A stretch of 64,000 nt of DNA from an uncultured delta proteobacterium. GTDB taxonomy: Bacteria; Desulfobacterota; RBG-13-43-22. Below, one piece after another: positions 39,698-49,401 of the stretch (the stretch's first letter is position 1; the number at the start of each line of letters is the position of its first letter). Below the pieces are notes generated by a model that searched no databases, was not told where the DNA came from, and saw only the letters and a list, made by a program, of their open reading frames with translations. A program made the translations under genes and the position numbers. Where the stretch lies: positions 1 through 64,000 of the forward strand of contig CAWJJC010000025.1 in assembly GCA_963843145.1 (NCBI GenBank). Reading direction: 5' to 3'.

Positions 39698-42355
39698 ATG
39701 ATTGCCCGAGACATCACCGACCGCAAGAGGGCGGAGGAATCGGCAAAAGCGCGGTTTAGGATGGTGGACGCGGCCACCACCAAATCCTCCGAAGAGCTGA
39801 TGCAAATTGCCCTGGATGAGATTGAAGTTCAAACCGGCAGTTCAATTGGTTTCTTCCATTTTATCCTGCCCGACCAAGAGACTATCGCCTTGCAGACTTG
39901 GTCAACAAACACACTTAATTCTATGTGTACCGCCGAAGGCCAATACAGTCATTATCCAATCTCCCAGGGAGGGGTCTGGTCAGATTGTATCCGTCAGAGG
40001 GGTCCGGTGATTCATAATGACTATGTCTCGTTGCCCCACCGCAAGGGAATGCCGGAGGGTCATGCTCAGGTGGTTAGAGAACTGACTTTTCCTATTATTC
40101 GAAACGACCGAATCGTAGCGGCTATGGGCGTGGGGAACAAAAAGACGGATTACAATGCCACAGATGTTGAAGTTGCTTTGCTGCTCGGAGATTTTTCATG
40201 GGAACTTATTGAGCGCAAGCGGGCCGAGGAGGCGCTGCGGGAGAGCGAAGAATTGTACCGAAGTGTGTTCAAAGATCACACGGCCGTCAAGCTTCTCATC
40301 GATCCGGATGACGGGAGCATTATCGAAGCCAATGAAGCGGCCATACAATTTTACGGATGGTCACACGAACAGCTCCAGCAGATGAAGATTCAGGAGATCA
40401 ATACGCTTTCTCCTGAAGACGTCAAAAAGGAGATGGAAGATGCCCGTTCCGGAAAACGGCGGTACTTTGAATTCCGTCACCGACGGGCGGATGAATCGAT
40501 TCGGGATGTTGAAGTGTTCAGCAGCATGATCAGGGAAAAAGGGAAAGGTCTTCTTCAATCCGATATCCATGACATCACCGAGCGCAAGCTGGCCGAGAAG
40601 GTGCTGCGGGAGAGCGAGGAGCGCTTCCGCTTGCTGGTGGAAAATGCACCGGAGGCCATCTATATTCAGACCCAAGGAAATTTCGCTTATGTAAACCAGG
40701 CTGCTGTCAGGCTGTTCCGGGCGATATCCCCGGACCAACTCCTCGGCCAACCCATCTTGAGTCGAGTACACCCCGATTATCAGGAAATAGTTCGGGAGCG
40801 CATCCGGTTGATCAACGAGGAAAGAAGAGAGATCTCAATGATAGAACAGCGATGCCTCAAACTCGATGGGACCTTCTTTTATGCGGAGGTCTCAGCCGTG
40901 CCCTTTCTCTATGAGGGCCAGAAAGGTGCCCTGGTTTTTTGCCGGGACATCACCGAGCGGAAGCGGGCCGAGGAAAAGCTGCACGAACTCGCTCAACGCC
41001 TCAGCCACCATGTGGATCATTCCCCCCTGGCAGTGATCGAGTGGGGGCCGGATATGCGGTTGATTCGCTGGTCTAACGAGGCGGAGCGTATTTTTGGCTG
41101 GCGGGCGGAAGAAGTCCTCGGCAAGCGCATGGAAGATTTCCGCTGGATTTATGAAGAGGACCAGGCTGAAGTCGCCGAGGTCTCCACAGATTTGACGAAC
41201 GGGACCAACCCGCAGCGGTTTTCTTCCAATCGCAACTACTGCAAGGACGGCACGGTCATCCACTGCGAGTGGTACAACTCTTCGTTGCTGGATGAATCGG
41301 ACAAGCTCAGGTCGATCCTATCGCAGGTGCTGGACATCACCGAGCGCAAGCAGGCGGAAGAGGCTTTAAGAGGAAGCGAGGCCAATCTGGTCAGGGCCCA
41401 GTCCATCTCCCATCTGGCCAACTGGGAGTTGGACATCGAGACCGAAAAGGTGCAAGGCTCGGAGGAACTGTATCGCCTGTTCAACCTGGCAGCGGATTTC
41501 ACCTTGGGGGCTTATGTCGAGAAGTTCCATCCCGATGATCGAGCCTATGTGGTCGATTCGATCAATGCCGCTATTCACGAAGGCAAACCCTACAGCATCG
41601 ACTATCGCATCATTCCGAGAGCCGACGATATCCGCTATGTACACGCCCAAGGGGAGGCGGCCTATGATAAGGCCGGCCTTCCGATAAAGTTTTTTGGGAT
41701 TGTCCAGGACATCACCGAGCGCAAGCAGGCCGAGGAAAGAATAAAATCCCTCCTGAAAGAAAAGGAACTCCTCCTCCGGGAGGTCCACCATCGTCTTAAG
41801 AATAACATGTTAGTCATGATGGCCCTGGTGACGTTGCAATCGAAAACGCTGAAAACCCCGGAGGCCGTAGCCGCTCTGGCCGATATTAGAGGCCGTCTGC
41901 AAAGTCAGTATGTGTTGTACGACAAATTGTACCGTAAAGATAATTTAAAAGAAATGTCAACCACGGACTACATCCCGGCCCTGGTAAATAAGATCATCGA
42001 TACTTTCCCTGATCAAGCGTCAATAAAGATTGAAACTCATGTCGATGAGTTTCTGCTTGGCGTAGAAACAATTTTTCCCCTGGGAATCATCATCAACGAG
42101 CTCTTAACGAACTCCATGAAATACGCCTTCATCGGCCGGGACGAAGGATTGATTATAGTATCGGCCACAAACAAGGATCATCGCGTGACCCTCGCTATCG
42201 AGGACAATGGTATCGGTCTTCCGGAATCGATTGATTTGAAAACATCCTGTGGGTTTGGACTTAAGTTGGTTGGTATGCTGACCAGTCAACTCCGCGGGAC
42301 TATCATGATTGAACGGGAGAAAGGGACCCGGTTTATTCTTGAATTTAAAATATAG
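39698..42355 (+). CDS. GAF + multi-PAS sensor histidine kinase (HisKA_2 type)
   Basis: GAF, four PAS/PAC units, LLREVHHRLKNN, NELLTNSMKYAF, DNGIG, GFGL; AAGGAG RBS before ATG 39698. Confidence 0.9.
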   Translation: MIARDITDRKRAEESAKARFRMVDAATTKSSEELMQIALDEIEVQTGSSIGFFHFILPDQETIALQTWSTNTLNSMCTAEGQYSHYPISQGGVWSDCIRQRGPVIHNDYVSLPHRKGMPEGHAQVVRELTFPIIRNDRIVAAMGVGNKKTDYNATDVEVALLLGDFSWELIERKRAEEALRESEELYRSVFKDHTAVKLLIDPDDGSIIEANEAAIQFYGWSHEQLQQMKIQEINTLSPEDVKKEMEDARSGKRRYFEFRHRRADESIRDVEVFSSMIREKGKGLLQSDIHDITERKLAEKVLRESEERFRLLVENAPEAIYIQTQGNFAYVNQAAVRLFRAISPDQLLGQPILSRVHPDYQEIVRERIRLINEERREISMIEQRCLKLDGTFFYAEVSAVPFLYEGQKGALVFCRDITERKRAEEKLHELAQRLSHHVDHSPLAVIEWGPDMRLIRWSNEAERIFGWRAEEVLGKRMEDFRWIYEEDQAEVAEVSTDLTNGTNPQRFSSNRNYCKDGTVIHCEWYNSSLLDESDKLRSILSQVLDITERKQAEEALRGSEANLVRAQSISHLANWELDIETEKVQGSEELYRLFNLAADFTLGAYVEKFHPDDRAYVVDSINAAIHEGKPYSIDYRIIPRADDIRYVHAQGEAAYDKAGLPIKFFGIVQDITERKQAEERIKSLLKEKELLLREVHHRLKNNMLVMMALVTLQSKTLKTPEAVAALADIRGRLQSQYVLYDKLYRKDNLKEMSTTDYIPALVNKIIDTFPDQASIKIETHVDEFLLGVETIFPLGIIINELLTNSMKYAFIGRDEGLIIVSATNKDHRVTLAIEDNGIGLPESIDLKTSCGFGLKLVGMLTSQLRGTIMIEREKGTRFILEFKI

Positions 42356-42842
42356 CATTGATTCTTTGATTCTTTCAGAACCCCACAAGAAGGCGATTAT
42401 AAAATCTCAAGAAAATTCTTTAACCATAAAAAGCAAGATCCGCACCCTAATTGTCGATGACAATTCCATACTCCGCAAAGGATTAAAATCCGTTCTTTTC
42501 TCTTCCCCGATTTTCGATATCGTGGGTGAAGCCGCCGATGGTCTTGAGGCCGTTGATTCCGTCGAAAAATATCATCCCGACCTGGTCATGATGGATCTAT
42601 TCTTGCCCCGGATCGACGGTATAAACGCTACCCAGGAAATCAAGAAGAAGTGGCCGGGAACTAAAATCTTGGTTTTCACCGTTCATAATACCCCTGAATA
42701 CCTGACGGCTGTCTTGAAGGCCGGTGCGGACGGGTATCTTTCAAAAGATTCTTCCCACTCCGAATTGATTCAATCCATCCAAGATATCCTGGATGTAAAG
42801 CAAGGACTTCATCCGAGCCTCATGGAAGATCCCCCCCGCTAA
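42309..42842 (+). CDS. Response regulator receiver domain (NarL-like, no HTH); start uncertain
   Basis: LIVDD, GEAADG, PDLVMMDL.LP..DG, GADGYLSK; ends before a LuxR HTH. Confidence 0.8.
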   Translation: MNGRKGPGLFLNLKYSIDSLILSEPHKKAIIKSQENSLTIKSKIRTLIVDDNSILRKGLKSVLFSSPIFDIVGEAADGLEAVDSVEKYHPDLVMMDLFLPRIDGINATQEIKKKWPGTKILVFTVHNTPEYLTAVLKAGADGYLSKDSSHSELIQSIQDILDVKQGLHPSLMEDPPR

Positions 42843-42930
42843 TTTTTTTCATCATCAATATTAGACAGCGAGAATAAGTTATCGGGCATTCCGGAAAAGG
42901 CTTGAGACGGGTGGAATTATTTTCCAGACC

Positions 42931-43980
42931 TCAATATCCGGTGGAACCTGCATTTATTGTGGGGAAACTTGAGGGTTGCTGGACAACTTTGACTGATTCT
43001 TTGGTCTCTGGCCGATTTATCCCGAGCTTATGCATCCTGCCCCTCAAGGTACTTGGATGGAGGCCAAGGATGTTTGCGGCTCCGTCATTTCCCTCGATGC
43101 GCCAGCGGGTTTCCGATAGGACCTTAAGGACGTGGTAGCATTCTACCTCTTCCAGGGTTTTCATGTCGACCGAAGAGGTGGAAGATGGGATCTCCAGTTT
43201 ATCTGCCAATTGCAAAACCGGCCCGGGGCACAAGATCACGGCTCGTTCAATGACACTTTCCAATTCCCGGATGTTCCCGGGCCAGGGGTAATCCTGCAGG
43301 GTCTTCATCGTTTCCTTCCGGATGGAGGTGATCGGCTTCCCCATTTTTCCGGCATAGCGCTCCGTGAAGGCCTGGGCCAGAATCGGTATGTCTTCTTTTC
43401 TCTGCCTTAGAGGAGGGACCGTGATGGGAAAGACGTTCAGCCGATAGTAAAGGTCCTGCCGAAACCGGCCTTGACGGACCTCCTCGTCAAGATTTCGGTT
43501 GGTCGTGGCTACAATCCGCACATCGGCTTTGATGGTCTGGGACGAGCCCAGGCGCTCAAACTCGTTATGCTGGATCACCCGCAGCAGTTTGGCCTGCATC
43601 TCCAGCGGCAGTTCCCCTATCTCGTCCAGGCAAAGGGTGGAACCATGGGCGACCTCGAACCGGCCTACCTGCCGGGTATCGGCCCCGGTAAAGGCCCCCT
43701 TCTCCCGGCCGAACAATTCGCTCTCTATTAAATTAGCCGGCAGGGCGGCACAGTTGACGGTGATCAGCGGCCGATCCTTGCGGGGGCTCAGGCTGTGGAT
43801 GAGGTCGGCGGTCAGTTCCTTTCCTGTACCGGTCTCCCCGAGGATGAGGACCGTTGTGTTATGAGGGGCGACCTGTTCTGCCCGATAAAGAACATACTTA
43901 AGTCCATCGCTTTGCCCGAGGATATGATTGAATTGATGTTTCATTAAATCTCTCCAGTTAACTCTTTCCATATCCGGCAA
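42931..43980 (-). CDS. sigma54-interacting AAA+ activator (FhlA-like) lacking a sensory domain
   Basis: [46 protein letters not shown]-terminal HTH. Confidence 0.92.
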   Translation of the reverse strand: MPDMERVNWRDLMKHQFNHILGQSDGLKYVLYRAEQVAPHNTTVLILGETGTGKELTADLIHSLSPRKDRPLITVNCAALPANLIESELFGREKGAFTGADTRQVGRFEVAHGSTLCLDEIGELPLEMQAKLLRVIQHNEFERLGSSQTIKADVRIVATTNRNLDEEVRQGRFRQDLYYRLNVFPITVPPLRQRKEDIPILAQAFTERYAGKMGKPITSIRKETMKTLQDYPWPGNIRELESVIERAVILCPGPVLQLADKLEIPSSTSSVDMKTLEEVECYHVLKVLSETRWRIEGNDGAANILGLHPSTLRGRMHKLGINRPETKESVKVVQQPSSFPTINAGSTGY

Positions 43981-44269
43981 GTCGTGTAAACCACGGGTTT
44001 TTGCTTAATCGGAGACTAAAAATAATCCATCCGATCAAGCCAAAAAGAAAGATACCTATAAAAATTGTTTCTTGTAAATTGAAATACCAATCTGGAGCGT
44101 CGTTCCCCCAACCTATTACTGTAGCCAGAAAAAAATGCCAGGAATAATTTAAAAAAACCCCTATTACGACTCCTTGGATAGTCATTACAGTGATCCTGAT
44201 AATTTTCTCTAAAATAGACATTAATGGCCTTGAGGGAAGCAATAACTTTTTAAAAGTACATTGCTTCAT
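43958..44269 (-). CDS. Hypothetical two-TM membrane protein
   Basis: AT-rich ORF with two hydrophobic helices; no recognised motif. Confidence 0.4.
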   Translation of the reverse strand: MKQCTFKKLLLPSRPLMSILEKIIRITVMTIQGVVIGVFLNYSWHFFLATVIGWGNDAPDWYFNLQETIFIGIFLFGLIGWIIFSLRLSKNPWFTRLAGYGKS

Positions 44270-44579
44270 ATAGGGTCAGAAAGGAATACAGGGAAGACCT
44301 TATTTTTTAGAAGAAAATGCTGTATTTTTAGGGTGAAAGATAATATCTTGCAGATTTTTAGATAAGTTCCATTCTGGCTGAACGTTCCTCTCTATGGATG
44401 AAGCAGATAGAACCAACTATCTGCTGGCTGAGTGGTTGAGTTTAAATCGTAATCGTTGAACTTTGAGCTTTATAGAAATAACCATTTGTAGGTGTACTGG
44501 GAAAATCCGGGAGAGGGAGTATTTTTCGAGGGAAATCGAGGATTTTTTTCCGAAAGATGCTAGCTAAAAAGGAGGAAAT

Positions 44580-45824
44580 GTGTCTACCAGAGAAGGTTCG
44601 ATAGTCTTCAATCCAGCACTCATTGGACATCTCGAAATTAAAAACCGTATAGTCCGTTCGGCCACGTACGAGAATGCGGCCACAAGCAAAGGTGAGGTAT
44701 CGGATTTTTTAGTGGACCTTTATCGCACTTTGGCCAAAGGGGGTGTGGGTCTGATAATCACCGGCGCTGCCGGCGTATACTCCAAGGCGCTGGCGCCCCA
44801 TCTCTTATTGCGAGCGGATAACGATTCTTTTATTCAGAGTCTCAAAAAAATCCCACAGGCAGTGCGGGAAGCTACGCCGGACTGCAGGGTGATGATCCAA
44901 TTGAATCATCCCGGAAGACAGGTCATTCACCGAGAAAACACTGCTAAAATATTTCCCCTGCTTCCGCCAGCCATGGTCGCCTATATTCAAAAGCATCCTG
45001 AGCTCATGGCACCCCCTGCGGAAGCCATCCATGAGGTAGAGCCAACCGCCCCTTCCGCGGTCTACGACGCGACCTTCGATCGGACGCCGAGGGCGTTGAC
45101 CCAAGACGAAATTGAGGAAATCATTGAGGCCTTTGCCGAAGGCGTACGGCGGGCTCAAGAGGCTGGTTTTGACGGGGTTCAGCTTCATGCTGCTCACGGC
45201 TATCTTCTGAGCTCCTTTTTATCACCGCGGACTAATCAGCGCAAGGATCAATATGGCGGTTCCACTGAGAATCGGACCAGAATCGTCAAGGACATCTACC
45301 AGCGAGCCAGAAAAAAGGTCGGCGAGCGTTTCCCCATTCTGATTAAATTCAACACCACTGATTTCCTTCCTGGGGGCCCAGACCTCAACGAAACGGTCCA
45401 GGTGGGAAAGATCTTAGGCGAGGTCGGGTTCGCGGCCATTGAGGCCAGCGGGGGTATGTGGGAATCATGCACCCGCCCGAAAGAGGAACTGGGGTGGCCT
45501 CCTGTGCTCTTGGCCGAATCTCGGACCGGCATTAAAAGTTATGATCAAGAAGCCTATTTCCTCCCGGGTGCGAAAGAACTCAAAGAAAAGACGAATGCGA
45601 CTGTCATCCTAGTGGGAGGTTTACGGTCGTTCAGTAGAATAGAAGAAGTCTTGAGTGCCAAGGCGGCGGATTTCGTCTCAATGTCCAGGCCCCTTATCCG
45701 CCAGCCGGACCTCCCCCTCCTCTGGCGATCCGGGGAGGGACCAGACAAAGCCGAGTGTATTTCCTGCAATTCCTGCCTGCCGATAAGAAGTTCTCCTTTG
45801 GCTTGTCGGGTAAAGAACCCATAG
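44580..45824 (+). CDS. NADH:flavin oxidoreductase (Old Yellow Enzyme family)
   Basis: KNRIVRSAT, GFDGVQLHAAHGYLLSSFLSP..N.R.D.YGG, SRPLIRQP, CISCNSC. Confidence 0.93.
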   Translation: MSTREGSIVFNPALIGHLEIKNRIVRSATYENAATSKGEVSDFLVDLYRTLAKGGVGLIITGAAGVYSKALAPHLLLRADNDSFIQSLKKIPQAVREATPDCRVMIQLNHPGRQVIHRENTAKIFPLLPPAMVAYIQKHPELMAPPAEAIHEVEPTAPSAVYDATFDRTPRALTQDEIEEIIEAFAEGVRRAQEAGFDGVQLHAAHGYLLSSFLSPRTNQRKDQYGGSTENRTRIVKDIYQRARKKVGERFPILIKFNTTDFLPGGPDLNETVQVGKILGEVGFAAIEASGGMWESCTRPKEELGWPPVLLAESRTGIKSYDQEAYFLPGAKELKEKTNATVILVGGLRSFSRIEEVLSAKAADFVSMSRPLIRQPDLPLLWRSGEGPDKAECISCNSCLPIRSSPLACRVKNP

Positions 45825-46503
45825 GCGTCCCTGAGAGCATTCTTCGCGAGATTTCATGCTCCTGTTCTGCCATAGGACTATGGGAGTGATCAGTATTCGA
45901 ATTGGGTCAAATTTAGTATTTTAGGATGGGGAAGGCTAAAATCACTTTCAATCGGAAAATTCCAGCCTTTTTCGTTTATTTCGGGGAAAAGGTTATAAAC
46001 TTGCAACGACTTTATTATAGGCGGAAATCATCACCTCGGCTCAGCATTGAAAGTTGCGGCTTTGTAGTTGGAGTCCGCTCGGGGGGGGGGCAATAAACTA
46101 AATCATTCCGGCACCTCCTTCCGTTAATCCACCACTAAAGAAATATAACCCGGGCTATTACCCCACCCGAAATCACGCTTCATCCAATTCTTCCAATCAG
46201 GAAGTGTTTCGCGGGCCTACCCCTTTACCCCACTTGCCCCTTATCTTGTCTTAAAGGTGCTGAATTCGTTATCAGCATAGCATCCAAATTACGTTTTAAA
46301 TCGATTGTTGGGAATATTAGGGGCCCCACCGCGCTTATTATTTTTTTAACCTTTTCCCCTCCCACAGGATCGAAAGCTATGAGGGTTAAATGAAAATAGA
46401 AATCAAAGATGGTTAAACTCGAAAAGGAAATTTGGGAACCGAAATAAAAAATTAGGCCAAAACCCCGGCAGCTTGTCATTCATCACTCAAAAGGAGACCG
46501 ATC

Positions 46504-46992
46504 ATGAAACGAATTGCTCATCCGTTCACTAATCCAAGCGCACTTCTTATTTCGGCGGTGGCCTTCCTGGTCACTATCGCTTTCGCCGGCGCAAATCTTT
46601 CCCAGGCGGCTTCGGCCGAACCGGCCCAGAAGCCCCCGGCTAGGGTCTCTAAAGTCGATCGCACCGAGGTGCGTATCAAAGACTTGCAGGCTAGACTCAA
46701 AATCACACCAGCCCAGGAAGAACTATGGAAAAAGGTCACCGAAGTGATGCGGGACAATGCCAAAACGATGGACACCCTTCGCCAGGCCAGGCTGGAAAAA
46801 GCAAAGGCCCTGACCGCCGTCGAAGATCTCAAATCCTATAGCGAAATCGCCCAGGCCCATGCGGAGGGGCTCAAGAATTTCATCCCGGCCTTCGAGGCGC
46901 TCTATGCCAGCATGTCGGACGAGCAGAAAAAAGATGCGGATACCCTGTTTCGTCGTGGAACCCAGAGGAAGGGCAAGGGCAGAAGCAAATGA
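46504..46992 (+). CDS. Spy/CpxP-like (LTXXQ) periplasmic protein
   Basis: AAGGAG RBS, signal peptide, LKITPAQ, LYASMSDEQKKDAD. Confidence 0.85.
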   Translation: MKRIAHPFTNPSALLISAVAFLVTIAFAGANLSQAASAEPAQKPPARVSKVDRTEVRIKDLQARLKITPAQEELWKKVTEVMRDNAKTMDTLRQARLEKAKALTAVEDLKSYSEIAQAHAEGLKNFIPAFEALYASMSDEQKKDADTLFRRGTQRKGKGRSK

Positions 46993-47033
46993 TCGCCGGC
47001 CTGACAACCACCAGTCAAGAAAGGAAGGGACCT

Positions 47034-47339
47034 ATGAGAACCTCAATAGTCGGAAAGATCATGATGGCGCTTATCTTTGTCTCTCTGATCGGCGGCATAT
47101 CCGCGGGTCCGGCGCTCGGCAGAAATGGCGATAGCGTTCAAAGGCCGCAGCAACGCGGCTGGGCCGATGACCGCGACCGGCACGACGACCGCGACCGGCG
47201 CTGGGATCGTGGACGGCGGGAGTATCGGCCCCATGGCTACTACCGTCCGGGACCCAGTTATGGTCCACCGATCTACGCTGTCCCGGCTCCGTCGCCGGGC
47301 ATCAGAATCTTCCTCCCCTTCCCGTTCGATATTCGCTAG
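47034..47339 (+). CDS. Exported Arg/Asp- and Tyr/Pro-rich small protein
   Basis: Signal peptide, DDRDRH repeats, YGPPIYAVPAPSPGIRIFLP. Confidence 0.7.
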   Translation: MRTSIVGKIMMALIFVSLIGGISAGPALGRNGDSVQRPQQRGWADDRDRHDDRDRRWDRGRREYRPHGYYRPGPSYGPPIYAVPAPSPGIRIFLPFPFDIR

Positions 47340-47459
47340 GGGGATCCTCACCGTCGATCGCCGATTGCTCACGCCGCCTTACACCGTGCCGTCGTGAGCA
47401 ATCGGGCTCGCTGAGGATAAACGTAAAACGATTAAATAATAAACTTAGAGGATAGAAAA

Positions 47460-47603
47460 ATGAAAAAAACTATTATGTTTTGGATTATGTTCGGGATGGT
47501 TTTAACCTCCCTGGGGGGCTGTTTCATTCCCTATTATGATGACGGTGGTGGACACCGTCGACATGGCGGGGACAGATACGACCGCTGGGACCATAGAAGA
47601 TAA
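47460..47603 (+). CDS. Small lipoprotein (47 aa)
   Basis: MKKTIMFWIMFGMVLTSLGGC-FIPYYDDGGGHRRHGGDRYDRWDHRR*; lipobox LGGC; GAGG RBS. Confidence 0.7.
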   Translation: MKKTIMFWIMFGMVLTSLGGCFIPYYDDGGGHRRHGGDRYDRWDHRR

Positions 47604-47642
47604 AAAGGACCTAGTCCCGCTTAGAATGGCGGGACCAGGTCC
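47602..47642 (-). terminator. Terminator after tRNA-Val
   Basis: GGACCTAGTCCCGC / GCGGGACCAGGTCC stem with an adjacent A-tract (U-tract on minus). Confidence 0.7.
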
Positions 47643-47652
47643 TGGCTAGGCA

Positions 47653-47727
47653 TGGTAGGCACGACGAGGGTTGAACTCGTGACCCCTACCGTGTCAGGGT
47701 AGTGCTCTCCCACTGAGCTACGTGCCT
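47653..47727 (-). tRNA. tRNA-Val (anticodon GAC)
   Basis: AGGCACGTAGCTCAGTGGGAGAGCACTACCCT-GAC-ACGGTAGGGGTCACGAGTTCAACCCTCGTCGTGCCTACCA. Confidence 0.97.
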
Positions 47728-47793
47728 ATATTTTTCATTTACGATCCTAATCAATTATCCGTGCGGCTGTCAAGAAAAATTCCGGTTATCAGG

Positions 47794-47944
47794 TGCTGAT
47801 GGGCTCGCCAGAAGTCCATCAGCAGCCCGAGCGCGACTAAGCGCCGGGCTGGGGTGGGGGTGGGACCATTGGAATTCACTTCCAAATGGCGGGGGAGGGA
47901 GAACCCTCCCCCGCCGAGCAGAAAGTCGTTTTTTGACTTTTTGC
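47794..47944. repeat. Run of five consecutive hairpins (structured intergenic element)
   Basis: GCTGATGG/CCATCAGC, AGCCCG/CGGGCT, CCATTGGA/TCCAAATGG, GGCGGGGGAGGG/CCCTCCCCCGCC, GCAGAAAGTC/GACTTTTTGC. Confidence 0.6.
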
Positions 47945-47948
47945 GAGG

Positions 47949-48476
47949 TTAAGTAATGGTCCGCAGACCGGAATAGATGTAATGCAATCCCGAGACAACC
48001 GTCAGGACCAGCGTCAAGTACACAATCCCCGGCTTCACCCAGGGCGCCCACTGGAGGTATCCGGAAGCCAGAATAATCACGATCAGCAGGGCCTGGCAGG
48101 CGGTAGTCAGTTTGCTGACGATCGAAGGCTTAATGTCCATCCGCAACTGGTTGAGGAAAAGGATGGCTACGCCGACGACGATCACCACATCCCGGCTGAT
48201 GACAATCACGGTCAGCCAGCCCGGGATCTGTTTCAAGACGGCCAGCGTGATAAAGGCCGTGGACAACAGGAGCTTATCGGCGATCGGGTCCAGGAACGAG
48301 CCCAGGCGGGTCTTCTGGGAGAACACCCGGGCCACAAACCCATCCAGGGCATCAGACACGGCCGCCGCCATAAAAACCCAGAGCGCCTGATTCAGTGCCC
48401 CGTTGATCAGCAGGATGGCAAACCAGGGGATCAGGATGATCCGGATCAGGGTGATCCAATTGGCGAACGAATTCAC
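47949..48476 (-). CDS. CDP-alcohol phosphatidyltransferase (PgsA-like)
   Basis: ANWITLIR, SDALDGFVAR...TRLGSFLDPIADK. Confidence 0.92.
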   Translation of the reverse strand: MNSFANWITLIRIILIPWFAILLINGALNQALWVFMAAAVSDALDGFVARVFSQKTRLGSFLDPIADKLLLSTAFITLAVLKQIPGWLTVIVISRDVVIVVGVAILFLNQLRMDIKPSIVSKLTTACQALLIVIILASGYLQWAPWVKPGIVYLTLVLTVVSGLHYIYSGLRTIT

Positions 48477-48480
48477 AACC

Positions 48481-49401
48481 TCAACCTTTCAGGAAAATTT
48501 TTGCCTTTTCGTGGATGGTATCAAACTCTTCCGGGAAAAACCAGTTCAAATCAGGCTCCCTGGAGAGCCAGGTGAATTGCCGCTTGGCATAGCGGCGGGT
48601 GTCTCGTTTAAGGAGTTCCAGCGCCTGACCCAGTTCCCACTCCCCTTTCACGACTTTGATCAAATGGCGGTACCCCAAGGCATTCAGTGGACGTAATTCC
48701 GGCCCGTATCCTTGAGCCAGCAATCCTTCCACCTCCTCCAGAAACCCCTGCCGGATCATTTCATCGGCCCTCCGGTTGATGCGCTCATAGAGTTTGGCCC
48801 GGTCCTCCCGCAGTCCGATCCAAAAAAAAAATCCGGGATCCTCCGGCTTCCGGTCCCACTGCTGCCATTCCGAAAGGCGACGCCCGGTCAGTTCCAGCAC
48901 TTCCAGGGCGCGGATCAATCGGACCCGGTCCCGGAAATGAATTCGCCCGGCTGCCGCCGGATCCCTTTCATTCAAACATTCCCAGAGGAAATTCTCTTCC
49001 CGCCCTGCAGCCTGATCGACCCATTTCTGCCGAATCTCCGCCTTCGGTTCCGGGCAGGGGAACAGACCCCGCTGCAGGACCCGCAAGTAAAGGCCTGTCC
49101 CGCCGATTACGATAATAGGCTTTTGCCTGGCAGCCAGCCCGGAGATGGCCTCCAGGGCCAGGTTTCTGAAATCGGCGGCCTGGAAGGACTGATCGGGATT
49201 ACGAATATCGATCAGGTGATAGGGGACTTCCGTCCGCTCTTCCGGACTTGGCTTGGCCGTTCCGATATCCAGGTGCCGGTAAACCTGCATGGAATCGGCA
49301 TTGATGATCTCCCCACCCAGGGTTTTGGCCAAGCGGTGGCCCAAGCTCGATTTACCGACAGCGGTCGGACCGGTAATGATGACCACCTTAAAGTCCTTCA
49401 T
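48481..49401 (-). CDS. miaA: tRNA dimethylallyltransferase
   Basis: GPTAVGKS, ADSMQVY, IGTAKP, GGTGLY, TRRYAKRQ. Confidence 0.97.
   Translation of the reverse strand: MKDFKVVIITGPTAVGKSSLGHRLAKTLGGEIINADSMQVYRHLDIGTAKPSPEERTEVPYHLIDIRNPDQSFQAADFRNLALEAISGLAARQKPIIVIGGTGLYLRVLQRGLFPCPEPKAEIRQKWVDQAAGREENFLWECLNERDPAAAGRIHFRDRVRLIRALEVLELTGRRLSEWQQWDRKPEDPGFFFWIGLREDRAKLYERINRRADEMIRQGFLEEVEGLLAQGYGPELRPLNALGYRHLIKVVKGEWELGQALELLKRDTRRYAKRQFTWLSREPDLNWFFPEEFDTIHEKAKIFLKG

Noticed and set aside
44377-44442. Second attC-like site (GCTGAAC...GTTGAGT with AGCAGATAG/CTATCTGCT stem)
   Set aside because: Outer arms do not pair, L boxes are not recognisable and no ORF ends at it
46081-46090. G10 tract as a phase-variation switch
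   Set aside because: Not inside a supported ORF or clear promoter; the nearby minus-strand RBS-ATG hits a stop at codon 3
33200-47727. Intact tRNA-integrated prophage or ICE
   Set aside because: No integrase, phage or conjugation genes, and no duplicated tRNA-Val 3' end found by eye
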